A stretch of 63,554 bases of DNA, the filler included. It is 3 parts of 3 records of this genome, joined end to end, with 100 filler letters (N's around TTAATTAATTAA, not from the genome) between each part and the next. Parts side by side here need not be neighbours in the genome. Positions count along the whole stretch, not along the records: positions 51,755 to 63,554 come from SRR22947725_5540; 2 more parts are not named here. One strand, written 5' to 3'. Positions 54,378 through 63,554 of the stretch are shown one piece after another. Position 1 is the first letter of the stretch, and each line of letters starts with the position of its first letter. The notes beneath the pieces were generated by a model, which saw only the letters and a program-made list of their open reading frames with translations, did not search any database and was not told the DNA's origin. The position numbers and the translations under genes are program-made.

Positions 54378-55064
54378 ATGTCAAGATTAAACCCAAAAGG
54401 ATGGAATGAAATAAAAACCAATGACTCATGGGCCATATTTAAGATTATGGGAGAGTTCGTTCAAGGTTTTGAAAAAATGAGTAAAATTGGACCCTGTATA
54501 TCAATATTTGGTTCAGCAAGAACTAAAAAAGATAATGAATATTACAAGTTATCCGTAGAAATTGCTGAAAGTATTGTTAAATCTGGATATGGAGTTATTA
54601 CTGGAGGGGGACCAGGCATTATGGAGGCGGCTAATAAAGGGGCTAAAGAAAATAATGGAAGATCTGTAGGTCTTTGTATTGAATTACCTTTTGAACAGTT
54701 TGATAATGTCTACATAGATGATGATAAAAAAATTGATTTTGATTACTTTTTTGTCAGAAAAGTTGTGTTCATGAAGTATTCACAGGGTTTTGTTGTTATG
54801 CCTGGTGGTTTTGGAACACTAGACGAACTCTTCGAAGCAATAACACTTATACAAACACATAAAATAGAAAAATTTCCAATAATTTTAGTTGGAACTAAGT
54901 TTTGGTCAGGTTTATTAAGTTGGATTAAACAAACACTTCTTAAAGAAACAAATAATATTAGTGAAAAGGATTTAGATTTGATTCATGTGGTTGATACAAA
55001 AGAAGAAGTAATTGAAATATTAGAGCAATTTCATAAAAGTTATGGTCTTAGCCCTAACTTTTAA
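54378..55064 (+). CDS. LOG family (TIGR00730) nucleotide monophosphate nucleosidase-like protein
   Basis: FGSAR, TGGGPGIMEAAN, FFVRK, PGGFGTLDE. Confidence 0.92.
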   Translation: MSRLNPKGWNEIKTNDSWAIFKIMGEFVQGFEKMSKIGPCISIFGSARTKKDNEYYKLSVEIAESIVKSGYGVITGGGPGIMEAANKGAKENNGRSVGLCIELPFEQFDNVYIDDDKKIDFDYFFVRKVVFMKYSQGFVVMPGGFGTLDELFEAITLIQTHKIEKFPIILVGTKFWSGLLSWIKQTLLKETNNISEKDLDLIHVVDTKEEVIEILEQFHKSYGLSPNF

Positions 55065-55075
55065 AAAATTTAATT

Positions 55076-57655
55076 TTGAAAAAAATTCTAACCCCATTAA
55101 TTTCACTATACTCACTCCTACTATTTAGTCAATATGACATAAAAATTATTGCCGAGTTAGATACTATTTCAGATATTTTAAATGTTAATCAGGAGATAGA
55201 AATAATTCAATCAAAGAGTGTAAGTGAAGATTTAATATTCCTTCTTGATTGGAATAATAGTTTTATTTCTAAAGAAACTCCTTTAGCTAAAAGTTTTTCA
55301 GAAGAATACAATAAAGCCTTTCATTTAGCAAAAAATAAAGAACGAGGATTCACTAATATAAAGTCTATCAGAAATGGTAATGGCGATAAATTAAATTTTT
55401 TTCGACTAGAATATAATCAAGATGTTGTAGCTATAAAACTAGATTCATCAAGTTCAATTGTAAAAGTTGAATACAGTGTCAAGATACCAAGCAAAAAATT
55501 TACCGGATATGGATATACTAAATCAAAAGATTATTATTTACAATATTGGCATTTGATCCCATCTTTAAAAATTGACAAATGGACCTTTTACAGTAATAAA
55601 AACTTAAATGATATTCCAAGCTCTAAATATAATATTACAGAACTAGAAATTAAAATTCCTAAAAATTATAAAGTTTCGTCAGAACTAAAACAAAGCAAAA
55701 ATGAATTTATAAAAGATGGATTTAAGTACTCATACTGGCAATCAAATAAACTTCATGATCCAAAAATATATATCGAAAAAGAAAAATCATTTAAAAAATT
55801 AAATGGGTTAAAAAATATATATAGCAACTACTTTAAAAATATTGAAAAAATAGCTGAAGATCAAGTTAAAATAAGTAACGTTAAGATTGTAGATTTCTTA
55901 AAAAATGAATTGGATATAAATTTAAATCATAAAATACTTCTAAGTAAAACAGATTTTAAAGAAAATAAAATATATGATTTAAATATTTTAAATGAAATTT
56001 TAGAAGTATATCCAAATGAATTTATTTATGAATTACAACTACTTAAAATTTTACTTAGTAAATTATTAGATAATTTATTAATTATTAATCCAAGAGAAGA
56101 TTACTGGATAAAGGACGGAATCCAAACCTACATGTTGATTGAATATGTAGAAAAAAAATATCCAAATATTACACTAGCTGGTAATTTATCTAAATTTCCA
56201 GGACTAAAAAGCTTATACGCTTCAAAATTAAAGTACAATGAAAAATACTTTCTTAGCGTCACCCATATGGACAGAATTAATAACTCTCAAAGTTTAGATA
56301 CTCCTAAAGATTCATTATTGAAATTCAATGAAAGAATAGCCAACAAACACAAGTCAGGTTTAATTTTTTATGATATTCTTTCAAAAAACAAAAAAGATGA
56401 TTTTTCTGTGATTATTAAAAATACTTTAAAATCAAAGAATCAAAACTCAGTTTATTATTTTAAAAATGAATTAAAGAAAAGATTTAATTACGATAGATCT
56501 TATATAGATTCTATTTTAAAGCTTAAAACTATAGATCATTTAAATTATTTTGCTAAAAAGAATAAAGAGTCAAATAAATTAAAATCTAAGCCATTTAAAC
56601 TAAAATTAGGTAAAGATATTGAAGATCCTGATTTTAATCATATCTACATCACTCCTATTATAAGTTATGAAAATATATATGATGGAGTAAATATAGGAGC
56701 CCAAATTCATAATAGATCTATTTTTAAAAGGGAATTTAATTATAAATTTAAACCTTTATACAGTGTAAATTCAAAAGAACTTTCTGGATCAGCAATAGTA
56801 TACAAAACAAAAAATATTCGAAATAAAGATCTATTTATGATAAACTATGGTTTGTATGGAAACATTAGTTCTTATGATCAAAATTCATTAGCAAAAATAT
56901 ATACCCCATTTATCAATTTTAACTTTAGAGAAAGTTCAAATCTCAGAGAAAACAAATTAAATTCATTAAATCTTCGGTTTTTAAAAATATCAAATAACGG
57001 GAATACAGATATCACTCCAGAATATCAAATATTTAATTTAAAATATGTAAGTCTAAAATCAGGTGTTATAAATCACAAAAAATGGTTTTTAGATTATCAA
57101 ATTTCCAAAAGCTTTTCTAAAATATCATTCAGCTATGAATTTAGAAAATTATTTAAAAGTAATAGGGAATTAAACATTCGTTTGTTCACTGGGTATTTTA
57201 TATCTAATAAAAATAGTAGCGATGATTACTTTAATTTCTCTTTAGACCGTCCAACTGATTATTTATATGACTATAATTATTATGGAAGATCTGAGAATAA
57301 TGGTTTTTTTAGTCAACAAATAATTATGGCTGAAGGTGGTTTTAAATCAAAATTAACCAACCCTAGTAGTAATAACTTTATATCAACTATTAATATAAGC
57401 TCAACCTTATGGAAAAGCTTATTATTATATGTCGATTTAGGAGTTTTAAACACCAAAACAAATAACTCCTATAGAGTGGTTTATGACTCTGGCTTTAGGT
57501 TTAATATTATAGCTGATTATTTTGAAATATACTTTCCAATTAAATCTAGTAATGGTCTTGAAATTGAAAGACCAAATTATAATGAGAAAATTAGATTTTT
57601 ATTCACTTTTGAACCTGATGTACTCTTAGGGTTATTTAGAAGAAAATGGTACTAA
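55076..57655 (+). CDS. Secreted/outer-membrane M1-aminopeptidase-like protein lacking HEXXH
   Basis: Signal peptide; M1-like N-terminus; YWIKDG where WxxEG is expected; C-terminal half rich in alternating aromatic beta-strand patterns. Confidence 0.6.
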   Translation: MKKILTPLISLYSLLLFSQYDIKIIAELDTISDILNVNQEIEIIQSKSVSEDLIFLLDWNNSFISKETPLAKSFSEEYNKAFHLAKNKERGFTNIKSIRNGNGDKLNFFRLEYNQDVVAIKLDSSSSIVKVEYSVKIPSKKFTGYGYTKSKDYYLQYWHLIPSLKIDKWTFYSNKNLNDIPSSKYNITELEIKIPKNYKVSSELKQSKNEFIKDGFKYSYWQSNKLHDPKIYIEKEKSFKKLNGLKNIYSNYFKNIEKIAEDQVKISNVKIVDFLKNELDINLNHKILLSKTDFKENKIYDLNILNEILEVYPNEFIYELQLLKILLSKLLDNLLIINPREDYWIKDGIQTYMLIEYVEKKYPNITLAGNLSKFPGLKSLYASKLKYNEKYFLSVTHMDRINNSQSLDTPKDSLLKFNERIANKHKSGLIFYDILSKNKKDDFSVIIKNTLKSKNQNSVYYFKNELKKRFNYDRSYIDSILKLKTIDHLNYFAKKNKESNKLKSKPFKLKLGKDIEDPDFNHIYITPIISYENIYDGVNIGAQIHNRSIFKREFNYKFKPLYSVNSKELSGSAIVYKTKNIRNKDLFMINYGLYGNISSYDQNSLAKIYTPFINFNFRESSNLRENKLNSLNLRFLKISNNGNTDITPEYQIFNLKYVSLKSGVINHKKWFLDYQISKSFSKISFSYEFRKLFKSNRELNIRLFTGYFISNKNSSDDYFNFSLDRPTDYLYDYNYYGRSENNGFFSQQIIMAEGGFKSKLTNPSSNNFISTINISSTLWKSLLLYVDLGVLNTKTNNSYRVVYDSGFRFNIIADYFEIYFPIKSSNGLEIERPNYNEKIRFLFTFEPDVLLGLFRRKWY

Positions 57656-57669
57656 GGTTTATTACTGAG

Positions 57670-57701
57670 ATTGCGTAAAAGCTATAGATTAACTACATTT
57701 G
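57670..57701 (+). promoter_or_regulatory. Bacteroidetes-type housekeeping promoter
   Basis: TACATTTG (57694-57701) matches the TAnnTTTG -7 element, with ATTG 20 nt upstream. Confidence 0.7.
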
Positions 57702-57724
57702 CAAATTCTTAATCACCTTAATTA

Positions 57725-60136
57725 ATGATGAAAATTTCCAAAGAAGCTAATCCAGTGTTATCCTACAAAGATTTTGTTGATGAAGTCATTAATGATTATA
57801 AAATTGCTGTCACAAGTAGAGAATGTAGTATTCTTGGAAGAAGAGAAGTTTTAACTGGAAAAGCTAAATTTGGAATTTTTGGAGATGGAAAAGAAGTTCC
57901 TCAACTTGCAATGGCTAAGTCTTTTAAAAATGGTGACTTTAGATCTGGATATTATAGAGATCAGACTTTTATGATGGCTATTGGAAAGTTAACACCTTTG
58001 GAGTTTTTTGCTGGATTATATGCACATACTGACTTAAATTATGATCCAATGAGTGCTGGAAGACAAATGGGTGGACATTTCACTACTCACAGTCTAGATA
58101 ATCAGTATGAGTGGAAAGACTTAACTGCACAAAAAAATTCAAGTTCTGACATATCTCCCACAGCAAGTCAAATGCCTAGATTATTAGGTTTAGCTCAGGC
58201 TTCAAAAATATATAGACATCAAAAAGACTTTGATTCTAAAAAGTTTTCTAAAAATGGTAACGAAATTGCATGGGGAACTATTGGTAACGCTAGTACAAGT
58301 GAAGGTTTATTTTTTGAAACTATTAATGCTGCGGGAGTATTACAAGTTCCTATGATTACAAGTATTTGGGATGATGAATACGGAATATCTGTACATGCTA
58401 AACATCACACAACCAAGGAAAATATTTCTGAAATTCTAAAAGGATTTCAAAAAACAAACACAAAAGATGGATATGAGATAATGGAAGTTAAAGGTTGGGA
58501 CTATGTTAACTTAATTAAAGTTTATGAAAAAGCTGAAAAAACTTGTAGAGAAAATCATATACCTATTTTGATTCATGTTACTGACCTAACTCAACCTTTA
58601 GGTCATTCTACATCTGGATCTCATGAGAGATATAAAGATACTGACCGGTTAGATTGGGAAAAGCGCTTCGATTGCAATTCAAAAATGAGAGAGTGGATAA
58701 TTTCAAATAATATTAGTTCAAATGATGAGTTACTTGAGATTGAAAAAACAATAAAAAAACAAGTAAAAGAAGACAAAGCAAAAGCTTGGAAAGCTATTAT
58801 ATCGATAAACAAAAAAAACAGAGATGAATTATTAAATATAATACAAAGAATAGATAGTGAATTTATTTCTGTTAAAGTAAAAACATTAGTCGATTCATTA
58901 ATAAGCATTACTGATCCTAATAAAAAAGATGTAATATCTACAGCAAGAAAAGTCATGCACAACTTAAATAAAGTTGAGTTTAATACAAAAAAAGAATTAA
59001 TTAACTGGGTAAATTCTAATGATAACATTAATTACTCTGACTACAGTTCGCATCTTTACAGTGAATCAAAATATAGTCCTCTAAATATAAAGGAAGTAAA
59101 ACCAAAATATAACCCTGATTGTAAGGAGGTTGATGCAAGAATTATTTTAAGAAATAATTTTGATAATATATTAGAAACAAATAAAAATGTGATCATATTT
59201 GGAGAAGACATCGGCAAAATTGGTGATGTAAACCAGGGTTTAGAAGGCTTGCAAGATAAATACGGAGAAGTTAGAGTTTCGGACACTGGTATTCGTGAGG
59301 CTACAATAATTGGGCAAGGTATTGGACTTTCATTAAGAGGTTTAAGACCAATTGCTGAAATTCAATACCTAGATTACCTATTATATGCAATTCAAATCAT
59401 GAGTGATGACTTGGCTACACTTCACTACAGAACTAAAGGAAAGCAGAAAGCTCCAATGATTATAAGAACACGAGGACATAGATTAGAAGGGATTTGGCAT
59501 TCAGGGTCTCCTCTTGGTGGAATTGTTAATTTTTTAAGAGGTATCTACGTTTTAGTTCCTAGAAATATGACTAAAGCAGCAGGGTTCTATAATACAATGC
59601 TAGATAGTGATCAGCCTTGCTTATTGATTGAATGTTTAAATGCATACAGAGTCAAGGAAAAAGTACCATCAAACCTCTATGAAATAAGAACACCTGTAGG
59701 TGAAGTTGAAATAATAAATTCTGGAAATGATATTACAGTAGTATCCTATGGGTCTACTATAAACTTAATACAAGAGATAATCCATGAATTATCTGAATTC
59801 AATATCTCTATAGAGCTGATTGATGTACAAACTTTAATACCATTTGATCTCGAAAAGGGAATTTTTAAAAGTGTTTCGAAAACAAATAGATTAATTATAA
59901 TTGATGAAGATGTTCCAGGGGGTGCAACAGGTTTTATTTTAAGTCAATTGATCTCTAAACAAAATATATATAATTTTTTAGACAGCGAACCAAAAATATT
60001 ATGTGCAAAAGATCACAGACCTGCTTACGGAACAGACGGAGATTATTTTTCAAAACCTTCAAAGGAAGACATTTTTGAAAAAATTTATGAGATGATGAAT
60101 GAAGCAGATCCTCAACAATATCCAAAATTAATGTAA
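57725..60136 (+). CDS. 2-oxoacid (probably branched-chain) dehydrogenase E1, fused alpha/beta
   Basis: SGYYRDQ, ThDP-binding GNASTSEG, GHSTSG, FGEDIG, DTGIRE, AEIQY. Confidence 0.9.
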   Translation: MMKISKEANPVLSYKDFVDEVINDYKIAVTSRECSILGRREVLTGKAKFGIFGDGKEVPQLAMAKSFKNGDFRSGYYRDQTFMMAIGKLTPLEFFAGLYAHTDLNYDPMSAGRQMGGHFTTHSLDNQYEWKDLTAQKNSSSDISPTASQMPRLLGLAQASKIYRHQKDFDSKKFSKNGNEIAWGTIGNASTSEGLFFETINAAGVLQVPMITSIWDDEYGISVHAKHHTTKENISEILKGFQKTNTKDGYEIMEVKGWDYVNLIKVYEKAEKTCRENHIPILIHVTDLTQPLGHSTSGSHERYKDTDRLDWEKRFDCNSKMREWIISNNISSNDELLEIEKTIKKQVKEDKAKAWKAIISINKKNRDELLNIIQRIDSEFISVKVKTLVDSLISITDPNKKDVISTARKVMHNLNKVEFNTKKELINWVNSNDNINYSDYSSHLYSESKYSPLNIKEVKPKYNPDCKEVDARIILRNNFDNILETNKNVIIFGEDIGKIGDVNQGLEGLQDKYGEVRVSDTGIREATIIGQGIGLSLRGLRPIAEIQYLDYLLYAIQIMSDDLATLHYRTKGKQKAPMIIRTRGHRLEGIWHSGSPLGGIVNFLRGIYVLVPRNMTKAAGFYNTMLDSDQPCLLIECLNAYRVKEKVPSNLYEIRTPVGEVEIINSGNDITVVSYGSTINLIQEIIHELSEFNISIELIDVQTLIPFDLEKGIFKSVSKTNRLIIIDEDVPGGATGFILSQLISKQNIYNFLDSEPKILCAKDHRPAYGTDGDYFSKPSKEDIFEKIYEMMNEADPQQYPKLM

Positions 60137-61150
60137 TAGCTTAAATATTAATTCTTTAAGGATATCTGAATTAGAAATGTTATTAGCTCCAAGTCCTTTA
60201 GATTTTAAATCAAATTCTCTTAAAATAGATATTTTAGATGAAATACTTTTCATAGAGTAATTTCTTGCAGCTGAAGAATAATCTTTAACAAAATATGGAT
60301 TTACTTTTAATGCAGATGCTATAGACCTTTCTGATTTATCAGAAAGACTATGATATATAAATAGCTTAATAAAAAAATCAAAAACTAAGGAAATAACCAC
60401 AACTAAAGGATTTGACTTAGGATTTTTTGAGAAGTAATCAATAATTTTCATACATTTAAATAAATCCCTTTCTCCAATTGCTTTTCTTAATTCAAATACA
60501 TTAAACTCTTTGGAGATACCGATATATTTTTCAATATCATCCTGAGTAATTGTCTTATTTTTTCCTTTTAAAACTATTAGCTTGTCTAATTCATTTACAA
60601 TTTTATTAATTTCTGTTCCTAATAACTCCGTAATTAAAAAAGAAGATTTTTTATCAATATTAAAATCGAAAGATTTCAAATAAGATAAGATCCAATCTTG
60701 AGCTTGATTTTCATATAATCTTTTGCTTTCAAAAATTAAACCATTCTTTAGAATTGCTTTGTAAATGGCTTTTCTTTTGTCTAAAGACTTGTGTTTAAAA
60801 TTTAAAACTAGGATAGTTGAAGTTAACGGATTGTTTACGTAATTAATTAAATCGTCTAAAGAGTTTCCTTCAGTATCTTTTTTTGATAGATCTTGAGCCT
60901 CTTTAACAATAACCAACTTTCTTTCTGACATCACAGGGTATTGCTTTGATATTGAAATTATATCACTAATTAGTGTGTCTTTTCCGTAGAGTATATTTAA
61001 ATTAAAATCTTTTTCATGATCTTGGAGAGAATTATTTATAATTAATTTTGTCAAATAATCGATATAATATTCTTCTTCACCCATAAATAAATAAACAGGT
61101 GAATAAGTGTTATTTTTTATATCATTTTCTATTTGTTTAATTAAATTCAT
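60128..61150 (-). CDS. holA: DNA polymerase III delta subunit
   Basis: PVYLFMGEEEYYID, YGKD, VIVKEAQ, NELDKL, IGISKEFNVFEL, DLKSKG. Confidence 0.93.
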   Translation of the reverse strand: MNLIKQIENDIKNNTYSPVYLFMGEEEYYIDYLTKLIINNSLQDHEKDFNLNILYGKDTLISDIISISKQYPVMSERKLVIVKEAQDLSKKDTEGNSLDDLINYVNNPLTSTILVLNFKHKSLDKRKAIYKAILKNGLIFESKRLYENQAQDWILSYLKSFDFNIDKKSSFLITELLGTEINKIVNELDKLIVLKGKNKTITQDDIEKYIGISKEFNVFELRKAIGERDLFKCMKIIDYFSKNPKSNPLVVVISLVFDFFIKLFIYHSLSDKSERSIASALKVNPYFVKDYSSAARNYSMKSISSKISILREFDLKSKGLGANNISNSDILKELIFKLLH

Positions 61151-61172
61151 AAAAAAATACGAAATTTGTACT

Positions 61173-61613
61173 ATGTTACAATTAGAGTTTCCAAATTATA
61201 CATTTAAAATCAAAAACAATGGAAATGGTGACTATATTTTTGATGAAATTAGAAAAAAATATATTAAGCTAACTAAAGAAGAATGGGTTAGACAAAATTG
61301 TGTTAAATTTCTTATAAATGAAAAGAATTTTCCTAGTGTTTTAATTAATATTGAAAAAACAATAAAAATAAATAAGCTCAGTAAAAGATATGACATAGTT
61401 GTTTATAAACCAGATGGGGGAATCAAGTTATTGGTAGAATGTAAATCACCTGAAATTAAAATAAATCAAAAGAGTTTTGATCAAATTGCTGTTTATAACA
61501 TGAATTTAAAATCTGAACAATTAATGGTTACAAATGGTTTAGAACATTATTATTGTGAAATTAATTACGAAAATAAATGTTACACTTTTTTAAAGGATAT
61601 TAAAACTAAATGA
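61173..61613 (+). CDS. Stand-alone HsdR N-terminal (HSDR_N_2) nuclease-fold protein
   Basis: IFDEIRKKY...EEWVRQ, YDIVV...VECK, Q...Y, TNG; start at ATG 61173. Confidence 0.88.
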   Translation: MLQLEFPNYTFKIKNNGNGDYIFDEIRKKYIKLTKEEWVRQNCVKFLINEKNFPSVLINIEKTIKINKLSKRYDIVVYKPDGGIKLLVECKSPEIKINQKSFDQIAVYNMNLKSEQLMVTNGLEHYYCEINYENKCYTFLKDIKTK

Positions 61614-62599
61614 AATTAGCTATTGTCATATTAAATTGGAATGGGATAGAACTATTAAAAAAGTTTTTGAAGCCTCTAGTAATATATAATACTGAAAATG
61701 AAATCTATGTAATAGATAATAATTCTAGTGATGATTCAACAGATTATATTAAATCAAATTTTCCTAATATTAAAATCATTGAAAATCCTGAAAACTATGG
61801 TTATGCTAAGGGATACAATAAAGGTTTAAAGAAGATTAATGCTGATATTATATGCTTATTAAATAATGATGTTGAGGTTACCCAAAATTGGATTAATCCC
61901 ATAATGGATGAATTTAAGAATAATTCTACTACTGCTGCCATTCAACCCAAAATATTAAATTACAAAAACAAGGATTATTTTGATTATGCTGGTGCTGCAG
62001 GGGGGTTTATAGATTGCTTAGGTTATCCTTATTGTGATGGGCGTATTTATAATATAATAGAAAAAGATAACAAGCAATATGATTACAATAAAGACATATT
62101 CTGGGCTTCTGGAGCTTGTTTATTTATAAGAAAAGAAGTTTTCATAAATTTAAATGGTTTTGATGAGTCATTTTTCAACCATATGGAAGAGATTGATTTA
62201 TGTTGGAGGATATTAAAAAGTGGATTTAAAATTAAATATGTGTATAAATCCAAAGTATTTCATGTTGGTGGAGCTAGTTTAGAATATAATAATCCAAAAA
62301 AAACATTTTATAATTTCAGAAATAGCCTTTTCACAATTACAAAGAATACAGAAAAAAACCTTTTTGTAAAGCTTTTCTTTAAAATGATAGTTGATGGATT
62401 AATTGGAGTTTACTTTCTGTTAACGTTTAAATTTCTACATCTTTTAGCAATAATCAAAGCGCACTTTGCGTTTTATATGCAAATACCTAGATTGATTAAA
62501 CAAAGACATCAAACAAATCCAAACTTAAAAGGTTTCGAATCTACTTTTTTAATCACAAAGTATTTTAAGTTAAAATTTGTTAAGTTTTTTAGTAATTAA
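61610..62599 (+). CDS. Family 2 glycosyltransferase
   Basis: VILNWNG, DNNSSD, LLNND, WASGAC, MEEIDL. Confidence 0.92.
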   Translation: MKLAIVILNWNGIELLKKFLKPLVIYNTENEIYVIDNNSSDDSTDYIKSNFPNIKIIENPENYGYAKGYNKGLKKINADIICLLNNDVEVTQNWINPIMDEFKNNSTTAAIQPKILNYKNKDYFDYAGAAGGFIDCLGYPYCDGRIYNIIEKDNKQYDYNKDIFWASGACLFIRKEVFINLNGFDESFFNHMEEIDLCWRILKSGFKIKYVYKSKVFHVGGASLEYNNPKKTFYNFRNSLFTITKNTEKNLFVKLFFKMIVDGLIGVYFLLTFKFLHLLAIIKAHFAFYMQIPRLIKQRHQTNPNLKGFESTFLITKYFKLKFVKFFSN

Positions 62600-62653
62600 C
62601 TTTAGCTTTTTTTTACTTTTACATTATTAGTTTAATTTTTTTAAAAATATCAG

Positions 62654-63505
62654 ATGAAAAAACCAATTTTATTAAGTTTATTAACTGTTTTAATTTTAAG
62701 TTCTTGTGTTACCAAAAAAGAATACACATCACTGGAAAATAAACACAGGAAAACTCAGGACTTATTGAACACAGCAACTGTAAAATTAAATGCTTGTATT
62801 GAAGAAAAAGCTTCAGCAGTTGCATTATCAACTGCCTATAAAGATCAAGTTGAAGACTTAAGAAGAACAACACGTGATTTAATGGTCAGTACTAAAGATT
62901 TAACAATATTGACTTCAAAAGGTGCTGATAATTTAGAAAGATCTCTCGAGAGCATGAAAGAAAAAGATTTAAAAATTTCAAGACTTCAAGATGCAGTAAA
63001 TAAAAAAGACAGTGTAACATTAGCTATTGTTACAAGTTTGAAGAAAGAAATTGGTATTAATGATCCAGACATTGAGGTTAATGTTGAAAAAGGAGTTGTA
63101 TTTATATCTCTTTCTGATAAACTTCTATTTAAAAGTGGTAGCTATGTTGTAACAGAAAGAGCTAAAGAAATTCTTGCAAAGGTTGCTACCGTTGTTAATG
63201 CAAAACCAGATTTCGAATGTATGGTTGAGGGTCACACTGATAGCCAATCTTTCCAAAAGGGAGTTTTACTGGACAATTGGGATTTGAGTGTTAAAAGATC
63301 TACATCAATTGTACGTGTTTTAGAGACGTTAGATGTAAATCCTCAAAAATTAATTGCAGCTGGTAGAAGTTACCATGTCCCTCTAGTTGATAACGAAACT
63401 GCAGCAAATCGTTCTATAAACAGAAGAACAAGAATTGTAATTATGCCAAAAATTGATCAGTTTTATGACATGATAGAAAAAGAAATGAAAAATATGACTG
63501 AGTAA
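62654..63505 (+). CDS. OmpA/MotB-domain lipoprotein
   Basis: Lipobox LSSC, coiled coil, LLFKSG, VEGHTD, NWDLSVKR, NRR. Confidence 0.9.
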   Translation: MKKPILLSLLTVLILSSCVTKKEYTSLENKHRKTQDLLNTATVKLNACIEEKASAVALSTAYKDQVEDLRRTTRDLMVSTKDLTILTSKGADNLERSLESMKEKDLKISRLQDAVNKKDSVTLAIVTSLKKEIGINDPDIEVNVEKGVVFISLSDKLLFKSGSYVVTERAKEILAKVATVVNAKPDFECMVEGHTDSQSFQKGVLLDNWDLSVKRSTSIVRVLETLDVNPQKLIAAGRSYHVPLVDNETAANRSINRRTRIVIMPKIDQFYDMIEKEMKNMTE

Positions 63506-63532
63506 TTTTTATTTATAATCAATAAAAAAAAG

Positions 63533-63554
63533 AGGTTTAACAATTGTTAAACCT
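63533..63554. terminator. Intrinsic terminator hairpin, cut by the window end
   Basis: AGGTTTAAC-AATT-GTTAAACCT preceded by an A-tract, after the OmpA gene stop. Confidence 0.7.

Noticed and set aside
61107-61613. Type I restriction-modification system
   Set aside because: Only the small N-terminal domain is present, with no motor domain, methylase or specificity subunit.

Overview
The window is not one genome. It joins three unrelated contigs with two artificial 100-nt linkers (N44-TTAATTAATTAA-N44) at 31713-31812 and 51655-51754. Contig 1 (1-31712) is GC-rich and actinobacterial, Microbacteriaceae-like by inference. It carries gatB(partial)-gatA-gatC, ligA, a histidine phosphatase, an M16 peptidase, a stand-alone type-1 rhodopsin, pnp, rpsO, aspA, mycoredoxin, a TM0106 nuclease, a J-domain/NERD protein, a NUDIX hydrolase, an SNF2 helicase, mutY, udp, rbfA-infB-ylxR-nusA, proS, ispG, rseP and partial dxr. 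Contig 2 (31813-51654) is an AT-rich gammaproteobacterium, probably SUP05/Thioglobus-like, with der, pyrG, msbA, tpm, ung, pdxB, a PhyH-TauE pair, kynU, a molybdenum-cofactor cluster and malonyl-CoA decarboxylase. Contig 3 (51755-63554) is a very AT-rich flavobacterium with uvrA, LOG, a degenerate M1-like protein, a fused 2-oxoacid dehydrogenase E1, holA, HsdR_N, GT2 and OmpA/MotB. I saw no CRISPR array, rRNA, tRNA or mobile element. Two leads stand out. The first is an atypical DTE rhodopsin that resembles Exiguobacterium rhodopsin rather than actinorhodopsin, lacks the helix-B His, and has its own promoter, phased repeats and terminator. The second is a chain of overlapping start/stop mini-ORFs running from ylxR into a hairpin that occludes the infB ribosome-binding site. 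All family and taxon calls come from motif recognition by eye; no database search was run.
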